Assembly: GCA_018829775.1 (NCBI GenBank) | Contig: JAHJTL010000097.1 | Coordinates: forward strand, 15,658 to 79,657 | Origin: Chloroflexota bacterium | GTDB lineage: Bacteria > Chloroflexota > Dehalococcoidia > Dehalococcoidales > RBG-16-60-22 | Reading direction: 5' to 3' | DNA: 64,000 nucleotides | In this document: in pieces, positions 36,283 through 45,439 of the stretch | Position numbering within the stretch: the stretch's first letter is position 1 | Layout: every line of letters starts with the position of its first letter | The notes under the pieces: model-generated | What the model saw: the letters and a program-made list of their open reading frames with translations, nothing else | The model's database searches: none | Told to the model about the DNA's origin: nothing | Translations under genes and position numbers: made by a program

Positions 36283-38697
36283 CTATTGCGTTGTACTGAG
36301 CCAGAGTCTTTCCCCGTCAGTGGTAAATTCTATCGTGCCGTGGCGGTCAGTGCGGTAGATATTATCGGTACCGAGCTGCTGCTCAAGCTTTGCAATGACA
36401 TCCGGGCGCGGGTGGCCGAATTTATTTTCGGCGCCAACGGATATCACCGCAATCTGCGGGTCGACCGCGGATAGAAATTCCCGGGTGGTGGAAGTATCGG
36501 AGCCATGATGGGCAACCTTCAATACGGTGCTGTCTAAAGCTGCTCGCCGAGCTGTAAGCTGTAATTCCGCTTCACTCCGTATATCGCCGGTAAGCAGGAA
36601 ACTGACCCGGCCGGCCCTCAGGTGCAGGACCAGGCTGTTATTGTCTATGTCGGCATCCGCGTTTTGCAGGGTGTCCCGGGGGTGGAGCACCGTGAGCGTC
36701 GCCTCGGACAGAGCAATCTGCTGTCCGGCCCGGGCTGTGGTCTTCATAATCCCTCTTTCCATAATCAATCTCTGCCATTCCTCATATGATGGCGAATCAC
36801 CGTCAAGACCCGGGTCGAGCACATTTTCCACGCGGAAACGTTTCAACACCTCAACCAGGCCGGCGAGGTGGTCCTGGTCGGGATGGGTCAGGATAACCAG
36901 CTCTATGGTCCTGTCCCAGAAGGGCATCTGCCTGCCGAGTTCCAGGTTTATCGCCTGTGGACTGGGACCGCCATCAATCAACACCTGCCGGGTTCCCTGC
37001 TGTATCAGGATAGCGTCGCCCTGTCCCACATCCAGAAAGCTGACGTGTAACCTGTCATCGGGCATGGCGGCGGCGCTAAACCAGACCAGAACCGCTATGG
37101 TGGCCAGAGGTGGAACCACCCATTTCGCAGGCAGCCGATTTACCAGACTCATCGACCTGCCAGCGCCCGAACTGAGTCTTGCCATCACCGCTGCTTTCCT
37201 GCCGGCTTTTAACTTTCGACCCAGGATGACTACTGCCGCCAGTGCTGCATAATATAGCCATAACCAGACCGGAGCCACTTTGCCCACTTCGATGAAGGCC
37301 AGGGGCGATGATGCCAGCCAGCTGACTATATAAAGCATGTAGGACAGAAAAAGCCAGGCCAGCCAGCCGATGACCTGGCCTGCAGGAAGTAATACAAGCC
37401 CGGCGATGCCGGACATCGCGCCGGCAAGGATTACCACGGGCAGCGCCGGCAGGAGCAGGAAAGTGGCCAGCGGCCCGGCAAAGGAAATTATGCCGAAGTA
37501 ATAGGCCACCACCGGCCAGACGGCGATTACTGCCGCCATGGTAACGCTGAGGCTATCGCCGGTGAAGTTAGCTGCGGTTACGATTGCCCCTTCTTCACCG
37601 ATGAATTTATTTACCGCCCTTCTGCCCAGCGACCGGAAGGGAGGAAAGAGAAAGACCAGTCCCGCCATGGCCAGGAAGCTCAGCTGAAAGGCAGCATCTC
37701 CCAGTATGTAGGGGCTGATGCCGACCATCACCGCTGCGGCAAAGGTGAGGGCAGTGATGGCACTGCGCTGCCTGCCCAGGAGTTCGGCGGTGAGAAACAG
37801 ACTGGCCATGATGGCGCCGCGAACCACCGGCGGGTGCATGCCGGTGAGCAGCGCATACAGCCAGATAATGACCATGGCCAGCCAGACGTAAAGGTAATGT
37901 CGGCGGCCAAACAGCCACAAGCCGAGGCTGAGCATGATACCGGCGACGATGCCAAGGTGCAGGCCGGATATGGCCAGCAGGTGTGCCGTCCCGGTACGGA
38001 CAAAGTCATCTTTGACTGATTGCGGTATGTTTTCACGAATACCCAGAAGGATTCCCTGGGCTAGTGATGCCTGTGGCTCGGGGAGCACTTCAGCCAGTGT
38101 CTGCGCCAGACCTGCTCTCAGTTCGTAAATCCAGGCCAGAGGTTTGAAGCCAGCCCCGCGCGCCTCGATTTCGATTTCAGGGTAGAGCATGGTGCCGTAA
38201 ATTCCCTGGTGGGCAAGGTAGCCCCGGTAGTCGAAATCATCGAGCTGTGGCGGCGTCTCCAGCGCGCCGGTTACGTGGAGCTGGTCACCGTATTTGTAGC
38301 TGGAATAGCGCGGCACAAACAGCAGGGCACTTCCTTCGGCCGGTCTCCATTCACTTTCAGCGCGTATTTCCGTGGCGGAAAAGTAAAGATGAGTGCTACG
38401 GTCGCTGGTTTCAGGGTCTCTGGCGACCACCCCTCTGACATCAATGGTGCCGCGGTCATTGTAGAAGCGCAGGTCGTCGGCGTCGACGATATTCAGGCTC
38501 TGATAGGCGTACCATGCGGCAGTGAAAAGGGCAATCAGGCTGAGGCTGCTGATAATTATCCATTTGCGGTATTTCTTGGAAAAAAGAAGGAGCGGTAGCG
38601 GCACGAGGCCGGCTAGCAGCAGGGCCAGCGGCAGGTCGAATTGGGTCCCCAGATAGATGCCTGCTACCCAGGCGGCGCTGAGCAATATGAGTAGCAC
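36283..38697 (-). CDS. comEC: DNA internalization-related competence protein ComEC/Rec2
   Basis: N-terminal TM/OB region, polytopic competence domain (TGTAHLLAISGLHLG), C-terminal metallo-beta-lactamase domain (FLDVGQGDA, THPDQDH, VAHHGS). Confidence 0.9.
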   Translation of the reverse strand: MLLILLSAAWVAGIYLGTQFDLPLALLLAGLVPLPLLLFSKKYRKWIIISSLSLIALFTAAWYAYQSLNIVDADDLRFYNDRGTIDVRGVVARDPETSDRSTHLYFSATEIRAESEWRPAEGSALLFVPRYSSYKYGDQLHVTGALETPPQLDDFDYRGYLAHQGIYGTMLYPEIEIEARGAGFKPLAWIYELRAGLAQTLAEVLPEPQASLAQGILLGIRENIPQSVKDDFVRTGTAHLLAISGLHLGIVAGIMLSLGLWLFGRRHYLYVWLAMVIIWLYALLTGMHPPVVRGAIMASLFLTAELLGRQRSAITALTFAAAVMVGISPYILGDAAFQLSFLAMAGLVFLFPPFRSLGRRAVNKFIGEEGAIVTAANFTGDSLSVTMAAVIAVWPVVAYYFGIISFAGPLATFLLLPALPVVILAGAMSGIAGLVLLPAGQVIGWLAWLFLSYMLYIVSWLASSPLAFIEVGKVAPVWLWLYYAALAAVVILGRKLKAGRKAAVMARLSSGAGRSMSLVNRLPAKWVVPPLATIAVLVWFSAAAMPDDRLHVSFLDVGQGDAILIQQGTRQVLIDGGPSPQAINLELGRQMPFWDRTIELVILTHPDQDHLAGLVEVLKRFRVENVLDPGLDGDSPSYEEWQRLIMERGIMKTTARAGQQIALSEATLTVLHPRDTLQNADADIDNNSLVLHLRAGRVSFLLTGDIRSEAELQLTARRAALDSTVLKVAHHGSDTSTTREFLSAVDPQIAVISVGAENKFGHPRPDVIAKLEQQLGTDNIYRTDRHGTIEFTTDGERLWLSTTQ

Positions 38698-38715
38698 AAA
38701 CGTCCTTCCCGAAGA

Positions 38716-39219
38716 TTAATCGGAAATCGTGATAAGGTGCTTGATTTTTTCACAGGTCGCTGTCCCGATACCTTCCACGCTGGTTATTTCGCTGATATGG
38801 TTGAACTGCCCGTTCTGCTGACGATAATTCACGATAGCCTGAGCCCTCGTTTCACCAATGCCGGGGAGTGCCTGCAGCAACCAGGCCTCAGCGCGGTTCA
38901 GGTCAACCTTCTGTGGGACCTCTGCTTCATCGATAGACGTTATATAGAGCTTGATTCTGTCCAGGTCGGCGAAAGCGGTCGCCCCGCCCGCCGATTGTAG
39001 CAAAGCGTCGATGGAGTCTCCAGATGTCAGTGGATAGATACCAGGAACATTAACCGCGCCGGAGACGGATATCTGGCCAATGATTTCGGGTGATGGGGAT
39101 ATTGTGATTTCGATTGGTCGGTTGGGGTTATACTTCGACCAGATTAATATGCTGCCAGTCACAATCACGATAATGAGAAACAGGATAATCGCCGCCCAGA
39201 ATTTATTGGACCTAGTCAT
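38716..39219 (-). CDS. comEA: ComEA-family DNA-binding competence protein
   Basis: N-terminal TM, SLBB-like middle region (VSGAVNVPGIYPL), C-terminal tandem HhH (LNRAEAWLLQALPGIGETRAQAIVNYR...VEGIG). Confidence 0.85.
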   Translation of the reverse strand: MTRSNKFWAAIILFLIIVIVTGSILIWSKYNPNRPIEITISPSPEIIGQISVSGAVNVPGIYPLTSGDSIDALLQSAGGATAFADLDRIKLYITSIDEAEVPQKVDLNRAEAWLLQALPGIGETRAQAIVNYRQQNGQFNHISEITSVEGIGTATCEKIKHLITISD

Positions 39220-39448
39220 AGTCGTCTCCTGAAGTGAATTTTATTTAATATTAAAAAATTCTAATAATTTCAAGAGAGATGGGGCAAAGCGTATTATCGA
39301 GGCGTCTCGCCCGTGATTAATCAAAATTAATTCAGGCCGTATGCCAGGACACGGCGTTTTTAATCTGAATTTGGTGGCGGCGGGCTGTATATGGCTGATG
39401 GCTTTTAAGACTCTTTCCTTTGAAGTCTCCATAGAACCATTCTGGTTT

Positions 39449-40111
39449 TTAAATACCGGTCAACTTGGAACGAAGTTCCTCTTCCAGTTCCGGAGTGGTC
39501 AGGGCGATTATCTGGTCTCCTTCGCGGAGAACGGTGTTCGGATTAGGTATGCTTGGTTTACGGTCCATAGGAATAACCAGTGCCAGTTTGGTTCCCTCGG
39601 GCAGCGGGACTTCTTTGATTGGTTTGCCAATGGTCTTTGAGTCTGGGGGAATTCTTATCTCTACAATCTCCAGCCCTTTATCAGCGCGGGTCATCAGATG
39701 CGTCAGCGGGTGCGTGGGTACCTCTTTCTCTATGGCTTCCAGGATGATATTGGTGGCACTTACGGTAACATCTATTCCCAGTTTCTTGAAAATGGCCTCG
39801 TTCTGGGGGTTTCGGATGCGGGCGATGGTACGCGGCACGTTGAATTTATGTTTGGCTACCTGGCAGGCGACCAGATTATCTTCATCGTCGCCGGTAACGG
39901 CCACAAACATGTCCGCCCTTCCGGTGCCTACTTCAGCTAGAATGGCCGCTTCGCAGCCGTCGCCCTGCACGCAAACACTGCCCATTTCCTCGTTGATAAT
40001 GTCGCAAAAACGGGGGGTCTTCTCGATGATGAGTACCTCATGTCCCTCATTGAGCAGGGCTCTTGCCAGATAATAACCTACTCTACCACCACCAACAATG
40101 ATGATATACAT
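39449..40111 (-). CDS. trkA: TrkA/KtrA-type RCK protein (TrkA-N plus TrkA-C)
   Basis: Rossmann IIIVGGGRVGYYLA followed by a C-terminal TrkA-C-like domain (EIRIPPDSKTIGKPIKEV...REGDQIIALT). Confidence 0.85.
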   Translation of the reverse strand: MYIIIVGGGRVGYYLARALLNEGHEVLIIEKTPRFCDIINEEMGSVCVQGDGCEAAILAEVGTGRADMFVAVTGDDEDNLVACQVAKHKFNVPRTIARIRNPQNEAIFKKLGIDVTVSATNIILEAIEKEVPTHPLTHLMTRADKGLEIVEIRIPPDSKTIGKPIKEVPLPEGTKLALVIPMDRKPSIPNPNTVLREGDQIIALTTPELEEELRSKLTGI

Positions 40112-40121
40112 CTCTCTCCTC

Positions 40122-40526
40122 TTAGCTCTCTATTTTTTTCTTCACCAGCTCGGCGAAGATTGTGGTTGGGCTGAAGGCCTCTATACCAAGGGTATCATAC
40201 ATCTCCTGGCGCAAGGGGTCATAGATTCGGGAGATGACCCGTGGCACATTGAAAATATGCTTGGCAATTTGTGCGGCCATGACGTTCCGGTTGTCACCCT
40301 GTGTCATGGCGACGAAAACGTCTGCCTCTTCAATGCCGGCTCTCCTCAGTACATCCTCATCCACCCCGTTGCCGAGCAGCGCCGTGCCGCTGAAGTCAGG
40401 CGGTAACCTCCGAAAGCTGTAAGCATCAATATCGAGGACGGTGATTTCATGGCCGTCTTGCTCCAGCAGACTGGCTATTTGAGCACCGACTCTTCCGCAG
40501 CCCATAATGACTATTTTCATATTCAA
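40122..40526 (-). CDS. TrkA-N (RCK N-lobe only) domain protein
   Basis: IVIMGCGRVGAQIA Rossmann motif. 134 aa with no TrkA-C lobe. Confidence 0.8.
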   Translation of the reverse strand: MNMKIVIMGCGRVGAQIASLLEQDGHEITVLDIDAYSFRRLPPDFSGTALLGNGVDEDVLRRAGIEEADVFVAMTQGDNRNVMAAQIAKHIFNVPRVISRIYDPLRQEMYDTLGIEAFSPTTIFAELVKKKIES

Positions 40527-40542
40527 CCCCAGTTATTAATTT

Positions 40543-40959
40543 CTATTCTTGATATAGTATCACTGGACAGGGAGCATTTTTCAACACATAAGGTACCACA
40601 TTACCCAGACTGAATTGCCCGAAGCGTTTCTTGTGCTTGATACCCATCAAGATTAAGTCGACCCCTCGGTCTACTGCTTCATCGATAATCGCTGGACCTG
40701 CCTCGCGGGCTTGAAGCGCTTCAGCCTCTACCTCGTGGTCTTCTTCTTCGGCAACAATCTCTATCTGGTCTAGTATATCTTCAGCCTTTTTAATTTCAGG
40801 CTCAATTTCGGCAGCAAGAGGTAAAGTGCGTTGTACGGTGATGACATAAACCGCCCAAATTCTACCCTTATCCTTCTTAACCAGCCTGCAGGCCAGCCTC
40901 ATTGTCTCTTCGTCAGCTTCGGTGCCGCTTATCGGCACCAGAATTTTGTTAAACTCCAT
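40543..40959 (-). CDS. Universal stress protein (UspA family)
   Basis: ILVPISGTE...VDLILMGIKHKKRFGQFSLGNVVPYVLKNAPCPVILY. Confidence 0.85.
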   Translation of the reverse strand: MEFNKILVPISGTEADEETMRLACRLVKKDKGRIWAVYVITVQRTLPLAAEIEPEIKKAEDILDQIEIVAEEEDHEVEAEALQAREAGPAIIDEAVDRGVDLILMGIKHKKRFGQFSLGNVVPYVLKNAPCPVILYQE

Positions 40960-40992
40960 TACTTTCTATTCTAATTTTCTGTTTTGGGTCTA

Positions 40993-41021
40993 ATTATAAT
41001 TCTCTTATTAAAAAAGTACAA
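40993..41021 (-). promoter_or_regulatory. Candidate sigma-70 promoter for the usp/trkA genes (TTGTAC-17-TATAAT)
   Basis: Minus-strand TTGTAC (41021-41016), 17-nt spacer, TATAAT (40998-40993), in an AT-rich gap upstream of ATG 40959. Confidence 0.45.
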
Positions 41022-41090
41022 TTCCTTTAGCAGGGTATTTATTTCTTATTTAATTTAAATTGATTCCCTCTTGACTTCTTGTCGCGTGGG

Positions 41091-41672
41091 TTACTGGCCC
41101 GGCGACTTTTCTTTAAGGTCCCTTATCTGGGTATCTACAATCCGTACTGTAGTGTCTCTGAGCACCTCTAACTCGTCGATAGATAAGTGTTCCAATTCCT
41201 CCAGATTATATTGGAGGGCACCGATGATTTCCCGGGAAGGGCGTCGCTTGGGGAGCATGAAGTAGGCATAAAGGGTGGCGATTACCACACCAAAAAAGGC
41301 AATCGTACTCAAAATTGACCAGACTGAACCGATTATCATTCCAGGAGCAGTAATTGGCCCCGGGCTATTGGCACCTTGCGTTTGCATGGCGGTGAAGGTC
41401 CACCAGAGCGCATAACCATAGGAGTTTATCTGCTCATTTGCTCCCCGCTCGGCGAGATAGACACCCCACGATGAGAGCAGCCAAAGTGCGACAAGAACAA
41501 ATGTCAATGGTACCAGAGGCGTTTCGGTGGCTATCTGCTTAAGAAATCTGATAACTCCCGGGATGTCCGGAGTAAAGCGGAGCCTTCGACGTGGCCTTCG
41601 TCTGCGGACGCGGAGCACCTTGTCCCCGCGCAGTAAAGGTGTTAGTTGCTCAGGTGTTTCTCTGTCTTTCAT
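41091..41672 (-). CDS. 2-TM ion-channel protein (Ion_trans_2-like) with a non-canonical selectivity filter
   Basis: Arg-rich N-terminus, TM1, pore helix YALWWTFTAM, filter position QTQGANS instead of TTVGYGD, TM2, C-terminal coiled coil. Confidence 0.65.
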   Translation of the reverse strand: MKDRETPEQLTPLLRGDKVLRVRRRRPRRRLRFTPDIPGVIRFLKQIATETPLVPLTFVLVALWLLSSWGVYLAERGANEQINSYGYALWWTFTAMQTQGANSPGPITAPGMIIGSVWSILSTIAFFGVVIATLYAYFMLPKRRPSREIIGALQYNLEELEHLSIDELEVLRDTTVRIVDTQIRDLKEKSPGQ

Positions 41673-41771
41673 ATCGTTACCCCACTTTTCCCAATTTTAC
41701 TGTGTAATTGCAATCAGCTATTTTATGCCCATCCAGGTCGGTTGTCAAATTCTATCTAACGATTAAAGGTA

Positions 41772-41808
41772 TTGACAAGTGGCATATATCAGGCTATAAT
41801 ATGTGCCA
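41772..41808 (+). promoter_or_regulatory. Consensus sigma-70 promoter (TTGACA-17-TATAAT) with an overlapping inverted-repeat operator
   Basis: TTGACA 41772-41777, TATAAT 41795-41800. The inverted repeat TGGCATATAT (41780-41789) / ATATGTGCCA (41799-41808) matches 9/10 with a 9-nt spacer and brackets the -10 box. Confidence 0.6.
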
Positions 41809-41833
41809 AATGTCATAGGAAAAAGGTACGGCC

Positions 41834-42097
41834 ATGATAATCAGAACAAGAGTATTTGAGCTGTGTAATGGACATTACTGCAACCTGTCAGAACTGGCAC
41901 GTGCCATGGGACTTTCCGTGAGCCAGGTTTACCGGGTTCGCGAAGGGAAACGCCAAATAAATCAAAAATTTATTGTTGGGGCCAAGAAGGCGTTTCCCGG
42001 TTATGGACTTGACGACCTCTTTTATCTTGAGAATGAGCAGTTTAGTGGCTTTGCCATGGGGACAGGGGTCACTGGGCCTTATCGAGTTGTTAATTAA
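41834..42097 (+). CDS. Small XRE-like helix-turn-helix protein
   Basis: NLSELARAMGLSVSQVYRVREGKRQINQKFIVGAKKAFPGYGLDDLFYL is a typical HTH_3-like small regulator. It lies in an AT-rich islet. Confidence 0.7.
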   Translation: MIIRTRVFELCNGHYCNLSELARAMGLSVSQVYRVREGKRQINQKFIVGAKKAFPGYGLDDLFYLENEQFSGFAMGTGVTGPYRVVN

Positions 42098-42169
42098 CGG
42101 GAAAAAATTTAAATGGCAGAGAAAGAGTAGAGGTAATAATAATTAAATTGAAAAAGGGATGGTGATAAA

Positions 42170-42352
42170 ATGCAACTGGTGGTCTTTCAATTGATTTATG
42201 GCATGGTGACAGATGTAATTCGGAATGTGTGTGGCTCTGTAAAGAAAGCATGGTCGGAGGCAGAGAGCGCTAACAAAGATGAGTTTCTATTGTCCCCAAT
42301 AGCAATTAAAGAGCGAAGCCACGGAAAACGAATTAATCGAGATTGGAATTAG
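42170..42352 (+). CDS. Hypothetical 60-aa protein
   Basis: ORF preceded by GGGATGGTGA, AT-rich, no recognisable motif. Confidence 0.3.
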   Translation: MQLVVFQLIYGMVTDVIRNVCGSVKKAWSEAESANKDEFLLSPIAIKERSHGKRINRDWN

Positions 42353-42401
42353 CGAATAAAGTCGCTGATTCCATCGATTCTCCTATTGACTAGCCCCGAT
42401 T

Positions 42402-42890
42402 CTAAAGCCCGGTCTCTTCTGGCTCTACCTTGCGCAGTGTTTCCCTTACTTCAGGGTGGTCAATGTACAGCGTCCCGTTAAGGTGGTCAATCTCATGTTC
42501 CAGTACCTGGGCCAGCAGGTCTTCAGCTTTTATCCGCACTTCCTTGCCGTTCTGGTCGCGACCCTTCACGGTTACTGATTCAGCGCGTGTTATCTGCCCG
42601 AAGTAACCGGGAACGCTGAGGCAACCTTCATCAATAACACGCTCCCCCCTCCGGCGCACTATCTCCGGATTGATCAGAATAATGTCTTCTTCCTCGGGCA
42701 TCCCGATGACGATAACACGTAGCGGGGCGCCCACCTGCGGCGCCGCCAGCCCAACACGGCCCGGCACGGCATGCATCGTCTCCTGCATGTCTCGTATCAG
42801 CTTTTTAATGGAGCGGTCGATGGTGCGGACTTTTTTGGCCTTCTGTTTCAGAACAGAATCTGGAACGCTGCGAATTTGAAGTATCGTCAT
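42402..42890 (-). CDS. def: Peptide deformylase
   Basis: GLAAPQVG, EGCLSVPG and HEIDHLNG motifs. Confidence 0.95.
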   Translation of the reverse strand: MTILQIRSVPDSVLKQKAKKVRTIDRSIKKLIRDMQETMHAVPGRVGLAAPQVGAPLRVIVIGMPEEEDIILINPEIVRRRGERVIDEGCLSVPGYFGQITRAESVTVKGRDQNGKEVRIKAEDLLAQVLEHEIDHLNGTLYIDHPEVRETLRKVEPEETGL

Positions 42891-42925
42891 CGTATTTTCC
42901 AGAACGAAAAATCGATTATAGTTTA

Positions 42926-45358
42926 CTAGAGCAGGCTTACGGGGTCAATGTCAATCACCCAGCCCTGCGGGAAGGTTATTTGAGAAAGAAAAGGGGACAA
43001 TTCGGTACCGCGCAGTATTATCTGCCATCGGTAGCGACCTCTTAGCCGGTGGATGAATGCCGGGGCAGGGCCAATCAAGCTGAGAGCGCTTATGCCCCTG
43101 GCGTCTCTTTCCAGTGTTAACACGTTTCTCATCTTTTCCGCCTCTCGCTGGCAGACAGCCTCATTGGTGTGGCTGTAGGTCAGGAGCGCCAGGCGGGAGA
43201 ATGGTGGATTATGCAGCTGACGCCGATAATCGATTTCCTTTTCGTAGAAAGCGGGGTAATCATGGCTTGCTGCTGCCTGGATGGCATAGTGGTCCGGCGA
43301 GAAGGTCTGAATGATTACCTGTCCACCCAGGGGTCCTCGACCGGCTCGGCCGGCCACCTGGCTTAATAGCTGGAAAGTCCGCTCGCCGGCACGGAAATCG
43401 GGTAGATTCAGGCTCGTGTCCGCACTCACCACGCCCACCAGCGTTATCCGGGGCAGGTCAAGCCCTTTGGCTACCATCTGCGTGCCGATGAGGATATCCG
43501 CTTTGTGGTCGCGGAACTGGCGCAGAATTTTCTCGTGCGAGTCTTTGCTTCTGGTCATATCGCTGTCCCAGCGGAGCAGTCTTGCCCGCGGCATGGCGTA
43601 GCTGACTTCCTGTTCCAGCTTCTGCGTGCCCAAGCCCAGGTATTTCATCTGCCGGCTGAAACAGCGTGGGCAATTATCCGGCACCGCAGTTTTGTAATTG
43701 CACTGGTGACAGACAAGAACGTCTTCGGCGTAGTGGTGGGTCAGGGGTACCTCGCAGCGACGGCAGCGCAGCACGAAGCCGCAGCGACGGCACTGGATGA
43801 ACGTGGCGCCACCCCTGCGGTTGAGGAATAGAATCACCTGCTCCCCACCGTTTACGGCCTTCGTGATTTCCCGCGACAGGGCCCGACTGAAAACGCTGCG
43901 ATTACCAGCTTTCAGTTCCTCTCTCATGTCCACGACATCAACCCGTGGCAGTGGCGCGCTTTCCACCGGAACAACTCGTTCCGGAAGTCGGAGGAGTTCA
44001 TAAGTTCCCTGCTGGGTGCGGAAATAGGTGCCCACATCGGGAGTGGCGCTTCCGAGAATGATCACCGACCCTGTCAGTTCAGCTAACTTTAGCGCCACAT
44101 CGCGGGCGTGATAGCGGGGCGGGTTATCCTGCTTGTATGTCCATTCGTGTTCCTCGTCGATAACGATAAGCCCGAGGTCGGGCTGGGGGGCAAAGAGGGC
44201 GCTCCTGGGGCCGACGACGACGTCGAATTCGCCGTCCCTTATCCTCCGCCATTCATCATATTGCTCACCCGGTGAGAGCCGGCTGTGCAGGACAGCGACT
44301 CTATGTGGGAAGCGGGAGGCAAAGCGCTCTATGGTCTGGGGGGTGAGGGCGATTTCCGGCACCAGGATGATGCCCCGCCGGCCCAGTTTCACTGTTTCCG
44401 CGAGTGCCCGCAGGTATATCTCGGTCTTACCGCTGGCGGTAACGCCGTGGAGCAGGAAACCCTTTGCTTCTGACCTGCCACCATGTATCGCCTCGCGGAT
44501 GCGTGAGAATGCATCTTCTTGAGCTCGGGTCAATTGCGGCGGTGATGCTGGCGCAATATCCTGATAGGAAATCGGCTCCCGTCTGACTTCGACCTCTTCA
44601 AAGGTAATAAACCCCTGGCGAACCAGGGCATCGGCGATTGCTTTGCTCACACCCAGTTTCTGTCGCATTTCTGCCCACGCCGCCGGTTCAGTTAGCTCGC
44701 TTAGAAAATCGATAATACTCGCCTGCTTGAAGGCCCTTTTCCTTTTGAGCTCTGCCGATATCTCCCGGGCACTGGCTGGGGGCACGTTAAGGCGCAGGAA
44801 GGGCACCGTCTTGGGCCGTATCTTTATCGGCTCCAGTTCGTAATTTCTTACCGCCAGCCCTCTTCTTGCCAATTGTGAGACGATGGCCTGTGCCTTCTTT
44901 TCCCCGAGTTTCTTCTCCAGCTCTCTCAGACTCACCCTCTCCTGCTTTTGCAGCAGCTCAAAGACCTGCAGTTGTGGTGGAGTGATACTGGACAGTATCT
45001 CCTCGTCAGGACTTGGCACCGCCGAGATAAAGGTCAGCGTTTTCCTTTCAAATCCCGGCGGCAGCATGAGGGCCACGGCATCGAAAAGAGGGGAGAGATA
45101 GTAATCGCTTATCCATCGGGCCAGATTTATCCGGGCGGCGGATAAAAATGGGCGGGGCTCAATAATATCAATGATATCCCTGGTCTCTTCCACGGCAGGG
45201 CGGGGGCTGAGCTCCATAACGATGCCCTGCAGCGTGCGCTCGCCAAAAGGGACCCATACTGCCTGCCCCACCTCGATATTCAGACCGGGGGGTATGGCAT
45301 AGCTGAAAGTACGACGCTGGGCAACCGGGGAATTGACACTGACCTCAGCATATTTCAT
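42926..45358 (-). CDS. priA: Primosomal protein N' (replication restart helicase PriA)
   Basis: YAEVSVNSPV N-terminus, Walker A GVTASGKT, DEEH, Cys-rich Zn insertion (CRRCGFVLRCRRCEVPLTHH...CHQCNY...CPRC), GTQMVAKGLD. ATG 45358 is preferred over the listed GTG 45370. Confidence 0.92.
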   Translation of the reverse strand: MKYAEVSVNSPVAQRRTFSYAIPPGLNIEVGQAVWVPFGERTLQGIVMELSPRPAVEETRDIIDIIEPRPFLSAARINLARWISDYYLSPLFDAVALMLPPGFERKTLTFISAVPSPDEEILSSITPPQLQVFELLQKQERVSLRELEKKLGEKKAQAIVSQLARRGLAVRNYELEPIKIRPKTVPFLRLNVPPASAREISAELKRKRAFKQASIIDFLSELTEPAAWAEMRQKLGVSKAIADALVRQGFITFEEVEVRREPISYQDIAPASPPQLTRAQEDAFSRIREAIHGGRSEAKGFLLHGVTASGKTEIYLRALAETVKLGRRGIILVPEIALTPQTIERFASRFPHRVAVLHSRLSPGEQYDEWRRIRDGEFDVVVGPRSALFAPQPDLGLIVIDEEHEWTYKQDNPPRYHARDVALKLAELTGSVIILGSATPDVGTYFRTQQGTYELLRLPERVVPVESAPLPRVDVVDMREELKAGNRSVFSRALSREITKAVNGGEQVILFLNRRGGATFIQCRRCGFVLRCRRCEVPLTHHYAEDVLVCHQCNYKTAVPDNCPRCFSRQMKYLGLGTQKLEQEVSYAMPRARLLRWDSDMTRSKDSHEKILRQFRDHKADILIGTQMVAKGLDLPRITLVGVVSADTSLNLPDFRAGERTFQLLSQVAGRAGRGPLGGQVIIQTFSPDHYAIQAAASHDYPAFYEKEIDYRRQLHNPPFSRLALLTYSHTNEAVCQREAEKMRNVLTLERDARGISALSLIGPAPAFIHRLRGRYRWQIILRGTELSPFLSQITFPQGWVIDIDPVSLL

Positions 45359-45439
45359 CCTGTGTTCCACCGATTGCCTTAAAACCTGGTTGCGCTGTCT
45401 TGTGGATGGTATTTATAACGTTAAACGTTGTCGGGACGG

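Noticed and set aside
39220-39448. 229-nt non-coding gap between trkA and comEA, including a 63-aa ORF (39241-39432)
   Set aside because: The ORF has no SD and no motifs. I could not recognise any known riboswitch or ncRNA signature. It probably holds the trkA terminator and the comEA promoter.
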